Positions 11,708 to 21,063 of a stretch of 64,000 nucleotides of DNA are shown here, piece by piece. The notes under the pieces were generated by a model, which saw only the letters and a program-made list of their open reading frames with translations, was not told the DNA's origin and ran no database searches. Positions within the stretch are counted from its first letter, which is position 1, and each line of letters starts with the position of its first letter. The position numbers and the translations under genes are program-made. Source of the stretch: Lophium mytilinum (taxonomy: Eukaryota); NCBI GenBank assembly GCA_010093605.1, contig MU004186.1:1468616-1532615 (forward strand). Reading direction: 5' to 3'.

Positions 11708-13199
11708 TCAAAATCTGAGAGGCTCAGGCGAGTACTTGCCCTTCGCGTACTCCACCGTCGTCGTTGTCGTCTGCACGATGTGTGTCTCACTCCCCCCATC
11801 GCTCTCCGCCGGGTCACCCCTCCGCTCATTAATCGTAATCGTCCCATCTAGCTCGACATCATTGTTCTTGTCCATACCAACATAAGTGGAGCGGCTGCGT
11901 TGGGCCCGCGTAGGCTTGCTGCCGTAGGTCTCGAGATCCGAATGCGCACTGCGATAGGCCTTGCGAGGATAAGCGTCGGACTGATGGCCGCTGGACTCGC
12001 CAATGAACTTGGGTGAGACGTGGCGGAAGAAGAGGCGCATCACGGGGAGGGAGCCACAGATGATGACGAGGTTGGCTTCCACTACAATCCAGATACAGGG
12101 GATGCTGAGGGCCCACGTTTGGTCCAGGTCGGTTAGAGAAGGCAGAATGACGACGAGGCGGATGATGGAGGTGACGCAAGTGCTACAGTGTGAGTAAGTA
12201 TCGCATTCGTTCTCGAACGACTCGCACACTCTTTCGACAAAAGATGACATGAATAGGGGGGCCACTTACAGCGAACCAACAGTAAACATTGCGATTAGCC
12301 CAATCTTCTGAATCCGCGGCATCTGCAGTTTGACGATCATGGGGATGGGGAGCGTCAAAAGCGTCAAATCCGTGGCAACGTTCACCACAGCCGTCATGAT
12401 GTAAATGATTGTCCTGTTGATGCAGGTTCCTTCAGTGATGAGGACATCCCAGTTCTTTGCGATCGGCCGGCATGGGAAGATCAATGCGAAAATGATGGCG
12501 AAGCTGTACCCTACCACGACGAACATGACGATGTAGACTGCGATCTTGAACCATCGGAGGGGTGAGAGCTTGTAGTAGAAAAGTAGCAAGGAGAATTTTG
12601 CGAGTCCAAGGCATGGCACGTAAAGAACAGAGGCCGACATGATCAGCTGCTGGAAGTTAGGAAAAGAGTCTGGCTTTGATGATCGAAAGGTGCGTACTAT
12701 GCTGAAGTAGTTGAAGTTTTCAATGGTCATCTCCCAGGCGTGGACGCCTACAGATTTGCTGAGCCACAGATCTGTATTCAGTCAGTCAAACCCATGCCCC
12801 CTGGGACCTCGTCGTTTTACTCACGGACAAGAATGGATTGCGTGGCAATTCCGAAGCACTGCAAAGTGAACTGGTAAGCACCTGTTCCACTGGGCTATGA
12901 AAGCGATTTTAGGGTAGTTACCCAAGCAATACAGAGACAAGCTAAAATAAAGTATTAGTTGTTGAACATACGGTCTATCGTGAACACTTAGACTCACCAT
13001 CTTCCAGCCCAAACATACGCGCCAGAACAGCCTTCGTATAGACTCGCATACTCAAAAAAGCAAAGCTGAGCACCATACCAACTCCAAAGACCCAGTAACC
13101 AGCAACATCCCCTTTCCTCTGCGGGTGATCGAAATTGACCACATAGCCTGTGGGAGCAGGTATCAAAGCCGGCGGCCAGGTCGAAGTTGCAGTCGCCAT
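11708..13199 (-). CDS. PTH11-like integral membrane protein (fungal rhodopsin-domain family)
   Basis: PAPTGYVVNFDHPQR, MRVYTK...FGLED, GVHAWE, AKFSLLLFY, IFPCRPIAKNWD, NVATD..LL.LPIPMI.KLQMP..QK, TSIIRL, WIVVEANLVIICGSLP. Several GT-AG introns. Confidence 0.92.
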
Positions 13200-15577
13200 C
13201 GTTCTCAAAGCTTGAGTGTGAAGAAGTCACTCGAATAAGGGTCTAGAGAGTAACGGTTGTGGCACCGCTAGACGAAACTCAAAGCGCACCTAAGGATAGC
13301 TAGCAGCCGTTGGACAAGGAAGGCTCGAGTACGAGTCGATGTCTGAATTAAAGACGAGCGGGCCGGACGGGACGGGATGAAATACACCGTCTTGTGTTCC
13401 TTTTCAAAAAGGAAATACAAATAACGAAGAAGAAAGACAAGTCTGATGGAGGCCAGACTGTCCATGAGGGCCTTTCTGTGTTCCTGCATGGTGGGCGCCA
13501 GGGTCGTTTCACTTCCTGGAAGGGGGGAGATCCACGCCAGATCTACCCAATACAGTTGTGGTCCGTGAGTATGATGCCTTACTGGTTTGAGGGAAGGGCT
13601 AGCTATGGCATTTCTTGCTTCGGTGTTTGCCGGTGTGTCTCGTCCTTCACTGCTCACTGTTCAGTGCAACGGCCAACTTACAATAAGCTATACTATCATT
13701 ATACGGCCTAGTCACAGCACTCATTCCGGAAACATGAATGAAGTCATGTCACTGTACTCCAAGATGTGAGCATTCTCGCGACATTTCCCCTGTCTTGTGC
13801 CTTGGATCTAGGAAGCCCCACGGAACAGTTGGGTCTTACCCAAAGCAACATCGTCATCTCAACAGGGACAACCCCTACCGACTTCGGGCTCTTGCATGCG
13901 ACGACACTTGGTCGCACGAACGGCTATTGGTAAGGGACGCCTTGGCGGGCCCAAATCCCAGTGTCGCTTGAAATCCCAATATCTGAATTAAAGCTCTGCT
14001 GCACAGTGATCCTAACACAGCCTCGGGTGCTCTCTCATCACTCTTTTGCTTTTGTTCCCATCACCAAGGGCCACTGCATTAGCGTTCGACATCCGGCTTC
14101 GTCCCGGGCCCTTCAGCCTCAACGCCACGACGAAGCAATTATAGAAAGCGAAGAGGCGTTTTCATGCGCTTACCGCGCTTTCAATCGGCGTCGTCAAGCC
14201 GAGGATAACGAGGTGACCCCCACTCTTACTACGAGTTCACACTTCGTCGTTCTTACTGACATACATATATCAGGGAGGAGAGTCATTCCCCGCGAACTTC
14301 GCCAGGGGCGGGGAACAACGCTGAAGGATGAAAAGACGCTGTGGGGCACTGCCTCAGCTAAAAGACCAAATACAGAGAAGTGTACAAGGCATTCCTGTCG
14401 GCAAATACCATGGGATCGTGTTGTCGGTCTGAAAGAGGTTGCACATAGCGGTCCGGCTATCTATCCCAACCAATCACAAGGCCTGTACTCCAACTTGCAA
14501 GGACCAGCTTACACAATTCCTCATCTTTCTTACAGTACAGTACCTTGAGCCGGCCCGAATAGAATGGCGACTGACTCTTCCCCCCGCCAAGGAGGATGCT
14601 CGGAGCCCCGAGACGGGTTCTCCGCCACGTGCCGCTAACAACTCAACCACGCCAGGCACAGTGCAGTTGTTTCTGGGGTCTAGCAAACGGTAGGAACCCG
14701 ACAGGATCCACAAGTTGGCACTCAAGCTTTTGTCAGTGCATGAATGCTCCATTCGAGGGGAAAACACGTTGAGATTCCTCGTCAACACTTCCCTTCAGTC
14801 TCTCGGCCACCAAAACACTTCGTCATGCCTGCTAACAAAGCGTGATCAGTCTGTGGTCTGCTTTAGCTCCTCCAGAGAAAAAGAAATACATCCCAGTCCC
14901 CACAGATGCAGGCGTACGTTTGCGGACACTACGGCAAGGGTTCGGGGCGCCGGGGCCGCTCGCCTCGGAGATTCCGCCACGCCTAGTACCGCCTTAGGGG
15001 TTTGACAGGACTCCACATCCGCTTCACCCGCTAGCCCGTCAATCTTCTGCCGTTCGGGGATTTACATCCATGCACCAACCATGCACTACCCCGGCAAGAC
15101 CCGTTAGGGCGGGAGCCGTGCCCTCTCCTCGGAGTGAGCCTGCTGGAACCTCACCCTCATCTGCACATCCCAGCGCTGAAGATCATGCAGACATCACCGG
15201 TGGCGCACTCCTTCGCCTGGCCCCTCACTTCCCCCATGCGGAGGTCCACATCTGTACCCACCAAGGATTATGGCCTCTGGAGATCGAGCTGGATTCAGCT
15301 AAAGCCTCAGCCTTTGGCGTACGCAGCTGGGTGAACACGACTCGTTCTCTGCAGTTCACCTTGTTCTGGCGATGGTTCGGATATTCGATAGCGACGTGCA
15401 CTGATCGTTCCTGAGTGGCTCTAGGGTGGCTTGGATCGAAAGCGAAGCGAGCCATTCATTAAACAGCAGGCCAGGAAATAACTCTGGGCGTACAAAAGAA
15501 ATACGCATGGCAGCTCCCAGATATCTCGGACACCCAGCCTTCCTGCCCATTCCTTGTCACTATCCCCTCCACCCACC

Positions 15578-17317
15578 ATGAGGCCAGGTTTCAGCACTGC
15601 TGCGCTGCTGAGTGCAGCTGCAGGCTCTCTTGCATCCGACCTTGCCAACGTAACGGCGATCAGGGATTGTTCCTTTTGCGTAACCCTCCCTTCGCTGTTC
15701 CAAAAAGCAGTTGAAACATTACTGACTGGCCCCAACAGTGTGGTGCACTTGCGGATGCGGGTCTCGCCAGCCGGATCACCTACCCTGGGTCGACCATCTA
15801 CGAGCAAAGAGTAGATTCGTACTGGTCTCTGACAGCCCAATTGACCCCGTGGTGCATCATTCAGCCACACAATGCCAAGGAGGTGTCCACCGCCGTGAAG
15901 GCTCTGGTCAAGGCCAACAAGAAAGAGGAATGCCTGTTCGCTGTCCGAAGTGGAGGCCATACGACGTGGCCTGGAGCAGCGAACATCGAGAATGGAATCA
16001 CCATTGATCTGGGGTTGATGAACTCGACGACTTACATCGCGAGCAACAATACCGCACAAGTCCTTCCTGGCTCGCGCTGGAAGGGTGTGTATCAGACCCT
16101 CGATGCTCTCGGGATTGCCGCAGCTGGTGGCCGTGCATCAACTGTCGGAGTTGCAGGGCTCGCCTTGGGTGGTGGCAACTCGTTCTATGCTGCTCGCAAA
16201 GGCTTAGTGTGTGACAACATTGCCCAATATGAAGTAGGACCTGTATCAGCTTGTATTAGCCATTGCTAATCACCTCTCACAGGTTGTTCTAGCCAGTGGC
16301 GAGATCATCTACGCCAACAACAAGACCAACACCGATCTTTTCCGCGCTCTCAAGGGTGGTACTGGTAACTTCGGTATCGTGACCCGCCTAGACTTGGACA
16401 CCTTCGAAGGTGAAGATCTCTGGGGTGGTGTCGTCACCTACCCCAACTCTACTACCGACGCCCAGATCCAAGCATTTGTGAACTTCGGCAACAACATTGA
16501 AAATGACCAGTACGGGTCTGCTATTGTCATTTGGCAATACACCACCCAGAACGCAGCAACTATCCTTATCAATGCATACGAGTACACAAAGCCTGTAGCA
16601 TGGCCTGCTGCCTTCGACGAGTTCAAGGCCATCCCCGACCGCACCTCCGACTCTATGCGCTTTACAAACATGACTGATCTTACCGTTGAGCTCGAACAAG
16701 CCGCTGGTTATCGGTAAGTCAATCACGTAATGATATCACTCCTTCACTAACATTCCCTCCCAGCGACACCTTTGTCACCCTCACCTTTGTCAACGACAAG
16801 CGCGTCGTTAAGAAAGCCGTCGACCTCCACAACACGGTTGTCGAAAAGGTCAAGGCCCACAAGGCCACCGGGAACTGGACTGTGCAAGACATGGTGCAGC
16901 CCATCCCAACCATCTTCACCAAGCACTCCGTTGAGAAGGGCGGGAACATGCTTGGATTGGACCGCTTTAGTGACAATCTCGTTCGTAAGTGCTTAGTTCT
17001 TTCTTCCCCTTTTCGGTTTCTCCGTTCTAAACGTATTTACAGTCTTCCAAACCTACCTTGCGTGGGAGGGCGCCGAGCAGGACGACTTCTTCCAGGGCTT
17101 GGGTGACTGGTACATCGCGCAGCTCAGCGCGTATGCCAAGAGCATTGGCAAGAGCAACCCCTACATCTACCTCGACTACGCATACGCGACACAGAAGCCG
17201 CTTGAGAACTACGGTGCTGTAAACATCGCGAAGCTGAAGGCTGCGTCGAAGAAGTATGATCCTACGGGTGTGTTCCAGAAGCTCGTGCCGGGTGGATTCA
17301 AGATCTCGAAGGTGTAG
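15578..17317 (+). CDS. Secreted FAD-linked oxidoreductase (FAD_binding_4 / berberine-bridge-like)
   Basis: Signal peptide MRPGFSTAALLSAAAGSLA. FAVRSGGH flavinylation motif, GVAGLALGGG, DLFRALKGGTGNFGIVT, YLDYA...KYDPTGVFQKLVPGGFKI. Four introns. TAG 17315-17317. Confidence 0.93.
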
Positions 17318-17908
17318 TGAGATGATGATTGCTTTGGGCGTTGGAGGTGAGCTGATGGAGGTTCAAGGTTTATGAGGGCGCTGAGAGGGTTGAGACGAAG
17401 GCTGGTCATGTCGGGGTTAGAGCGGTGCCTCAGCATACTGAGTTGTAGATGTTTGAGAAGACGAAAAGAAAAAGAAAAGGTACATGCTTGTATACTTTTA
17501 TCTACTAGTAGATCTTTCACGGTCCTTAACTTCTAATAAGTAATCTACCCTATTCGCTCGTTTCACTTTCTCAATCTTCTCCATGCAATTGCGCTTAGAA
17601 GACATGTGATAAGAGTCTTACAGGGCTCGGGTCTTCAAGCCTATCTAGCACATGGCTCTTGGTAAACTAGATGAATCTCTTCTTGGCTAGTACCTCATTT
17701 ATATCCGAAGCGCATGATGAATGGAACTTATAGGAAAGAGAAATGCACAGCCCCAACCAAATGAGAAAGGTAATTGAGAACCACACCGAACGACAGATCC
17801 TTCAAAGCTCCAAAAACCTCCACCAAACCTTCCCACAACCCCGCCTCAGATCTAGGAAATCCCACGCCATCTACGCCAGAACATATGAAACCCTTCCATC
17901 AATCTAGT

Positions 17909-18160
17909 CTAGCTAGCCACCGTCTCTTTCCCATCCTCTTCGCGCTCCCTTTTGCACTTATCAATCCCGCAGAATCCGTAAGCTTTCTCCGGTTCCTCCG
18001 TGCCGAGTCTTGGATTTAGATCTTTGCAGGTTGATTCAAGCCATCCCTGGCCCTTGCAAGGTTTACAATCCGTACCTTGGCTAATAACGATGGTTTTACA
18101 ACCGCAGAGGGTCCGTTCTCGGTAGAAGCCGACGCAGTCTTTTGCGCGTTTGATGGCCAT
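17909..18160 (-). CDS. Cys-rich microprotein, paralog 1 (83 aa)
   Basis: caccATG start. Pattern C-x9-C-x8-QG-x2-C-x2-C...C...C-x4-C matches the two neighbouring ORFs. Putative 5'UTR intron (GTACCT..TACTAAC..AAG). TATAAG at ~18478-18473. Confidence 0.65.
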   Translation of the reverse strand: MAIKRAKDCVGFYRERTLCGCKTIVISQGTDCKPCKGQGWLESTCKDLNPRLGTEEPEKAYGFCGIDKCKREREEDGKETVAS

Positions 18161-18631
18161 GGTGGTCGGTGGATGATGGGTGCAGAGGGTGGCTTTGAGG
18201 ATTGATTGTGAGGTGTGTCTGCGGCCTAATGCGGATTTCTTGGCTTTAAGAGTAGGGTTAGTATTTGTACTAACCCGAGGGTGATCTCGAGGTACCTGAG
18301 AAAATGCAAGTTGCGGTATACTTGCTCCTGGAAATTCTAAGAAGTTTTAGTGATGCGGATGATATCGGTACCTGGAATCAAGGGAAGCTTTCGCGTATGT
18401 TTATTGCACGCTGGAAGATCCGGTACGAAAGTGATGGAGCAGAAAGGAATCTGTTCGTGGAAGTTTGAGTCTCTTATACCCTTAGGTCGAAAGGTCTTGA
18501 CTCCTTATGACTCTATTGCGAAGCTTTGACGACTTAACACGTATCAGATATACTTTAGGAGTCAAGATCAGGAAAGACGAGTGTGAGCAAGTCTTCTGAC
18601 TAGGTGTTTGAGCCCTGATAAACTGGCTTCC

Positions 18632-18760
18632 GAAATCAACGCACGATCCTTTGTTTCAAGATGGCTCATCAATACACTCACGAAGCAGCAAAGAGTCAGA
18701 GGGCTCAGCATGGGCGGTATAAGAGGATTTTTTTTCTTCTAAACTCTCTTTCCCTCCAAT
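18632..18760 (+). promoter_or_regulatory. Promoter block of microprotein paralog 2, duplicated in inverted orientation at ~20335-20463
   Basis: 18632-18680 matches the reverse complement of 20415-20463 at 45/49 nt by hand count. Similarity continues through AAGAGTCAGAG..GCTC.GCATGG..GGTATA and TTTTCTTCTA.ACTCTCTTTTCC. Confidence 0.8.
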
Positions 18761-19091
18761 ATTACACAGTATCATCAATACGAGCTTCCAAATCCTATAT
18801 CGAATTCTCTCAACAGCTATATTAGCTTGAACAGCACTGCATCAGCCTACTCTCGAAAGCCTTCGACTTCTTGACTGTCCTTTAGTATTACTACGCCGTT
18901 TTTTGGATCTGGCTCATTGGAGAGGTGTGAAATTTATACTCAAAGGTAATACTTCGTGCATTGCAACTACATCAAAAGTAAACGGACGTTAACATCCACT
19001 AGTTCTCGAGATTCCACCACGGCTCGCAAACCTAGAACCCACACCTCATACCGTAACACCCTGACGTATTCCTCTCTCTACACCCGCCAAA

Positions 19092-19325
19092 ATGGCCGAG
19101 GACTGCTATACGTTGATAACATATTATGAAAGGTGTAACAAAGTCCGCTATGACATCAGGAAGGGGGGCAAATGCACCTTCTGCCCGACTCAGAAAAAGG
19201 GAGCTTGCGACATCATGAGCATTTACGATCGTGGAAGAGAAGAGAAGGAGACAAATCGCTCAGATAAGTGCAAGGACTCCAATTGCGCGGAATGCAAAGG
19301 GAAGGATGAGCCCTATCAGTTCTGA
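19092..19325 (+). CDS. Cys-rich microprotein, paralog 2 (77 aa)
   Basis: caaaATG start. C-x9-C-x8-KG-x2-C-x2-C...C...C-x4-C-x2-CKG. Putative 5'UTR intron starting GTAATA at ~18946. TATAAG at ~18718. Confidence 0.7.
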   Translation: MAEDCYTLITYYERCNKVRYDIRKGGKCTFCPTQKKGACDIMSIYDRGREEKETNRSDKCKDSNCAECKGKDEPYQF

Positions 19326-19877
19326 TATGGAACGCCCGAATGTCTTATTTGTTTGGGGGGGTTTATAGCTGTGCAGGACTGGTAGTTTCATGTGGTCGAT
19401 GGATCAGGGTTGTATTTTGGCGTGTTTCTGGAAATTTGGAGATTTCTTGCTTTCTGCTTTTTGCATGTTCTTATTTACTGAGCGTCCTTGTTTTTAGATC
19501 TTCTTGTATCTTAAACCTTCCTTGTTCTTTGAATCTTCTTGGTATTTAGATCTCTTTATTTCATCCGTGGTTTCAATTTTAAGCATGCGGAGTTGAACCG
19601 CGTAATACACCTTCGCTGTCAACGAATTGCATTGGCGCATCGCAAAACTAGTCTAACACTACTCCGCAAGCCGTGCATAAGCCATACCGAATTCAACACT
19701 TGATAGAAATCTAAATACACATCGAAAAAAAGAAGAATTGAAAGAAGAGCCCAAGAAACACATTAAACAAAACTCGATCCACTAGAAACCCAAACCCGCA
19801 AACACTCCACATCTTTGAATACTTAACTCCACCACACAGTAGAGTTTCTGAAGCATTGCTGTCGCATTCTCATGCGC

Positions 19878-20120
19878 CTATGTCTTCTTAACCCCTTTGC
19901 AAACTGGGCAACCTGAATGGCCGCAGTACCCCTTGATTTTCCTCACATACCCCTCCGATCTCCCCGTTCTCTCACAACTCCAGGAATCGCAGTCTACAAT
20001 TTGTCCATTAAAGGTAGGCTCCTTACAATAAGAGCAGTCGTCTCCCTTCACGATGACCATCAGGTCGTGGAAACACTTGTCATATGATGACTTGTATGCG
20101 AAGTAGTTCGGTTGGCCCAT
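19878..20120 (-). CDS. Cys-rich microprotein, paralog 3 (80 aa)
   Basis: ATG 20120, MGQPNYFAYKSSYDKC-x8-KG-x2-C-x2-C...C...C-x4-C-x2-CKG. Upstream region is homologous to that of paralog 2. Confidence 0.7.
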   Translation of the reverse strand: MGQPNYFAYKSSYDKCFHDLMVIVKGDDCSYCKEPTFNGQIVDCDSWSCERTGRSEGYVRKIKGYCGHSGCPVCKGVKKT

Positions 20121-20334
20121 TTCAACGGTGTAGATGAGTAGGTCGGCTTGAGATTGGCTTATGCGGCGTGGATGCCAACTTTCCAAGCCGTGGTGAGATC
20201 TTTAGGGGATGTTAATGCCCTTTTAGTTCTTATGCGGTTGCAAGACACGAGATATTACCTTCGAGTATGAGATTTACACTTCTCTACCGAACTGGGTTCA
20301 GGGAAATGGTTGGGTAATATGTGTGTGATGGTGT

Positions 20335-20463
20335 AGGAAAAGAGAGTCTAGAAGAAAACTCAAACCTTCATATACCATCCATGCCGAGCACTCTGACTCT
20401 TCGCCGCCTCCTCATGAGTCTATTGATGAGCCATCATGAAACAAAGCATCGTGCGTTGGTTTC
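20335..20463 (-). promoter_or_regulatory. Promoter block of microprotein paralog 3 (inverted copy of 18632-18760)
   Basis: See partner feature. Contains GAGTCA (20399-20394) about 17 nt upstream of a TATA-like GGTATATGAA. Confidence 0.8.
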
Positions 20464-21063
20464 AGGGGCGAGCATTGAGCAACTTGAGGCTTGGACTGTG
20501 ACTGGGCTGTTGAAATCAGACTACCCTTTGACTAAAAAGCTGGCGGCCAGCGGGGCCACCCCTCACACTGGTGTCAAGCGAGCAAATCTAAAGCGCGCGC
20601 AGTGTGATTCACGTGCTGCGGATATCGTTGACTTGATTCGTAGCGTCTTGCTCAACGATATTTACACTCGGTTGGCACTGTTTGGGGTCCCCCCGTGGTC
20701 TTTCAAAATCATAGACGTGACGTCAATATCGAGACCGTACGAATCTGGCTACCTATTTCCCGCCGGGCAACTTGACTGCTGAGGTCCCCCTGACAGTGTC
20801 ATCGAGAGAGCAAGAGCGGCGCACGAACAGTGAGATATCCGAGCGCGCAACCACATGACCACACACTTCGCAAGATTAGCCTCACCGAGAACACGAACCC
20901 CTTTGCGGCACGAACATGGCACATGTAGTCACAAAAGTAACGCCCTGTCGTTTCAGAACTACAACTATACGTCAGCATTAAGCCTGACACTCATATACGA
21001 GTCTTGACTCCATCATACGAAGCCGACTCTATATTCAACACAACCAACTACGCACAGGGCACC

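Noticed and set aside
13268..15550. Multiple 100-195 aa ORFs in the long intergenic region
   Set aside because: Mostly non-ATG starts, no domain motifs, no coding-like composition; treated as promoter DNA.
20321..20782. 153-aa + strand ORF
   Set aside because: GTG start, and it overlaps the duplicated promoter block of microprotein paralog 3, whose counterpart at 18.6 kb has no ORF of comparable length in the track.
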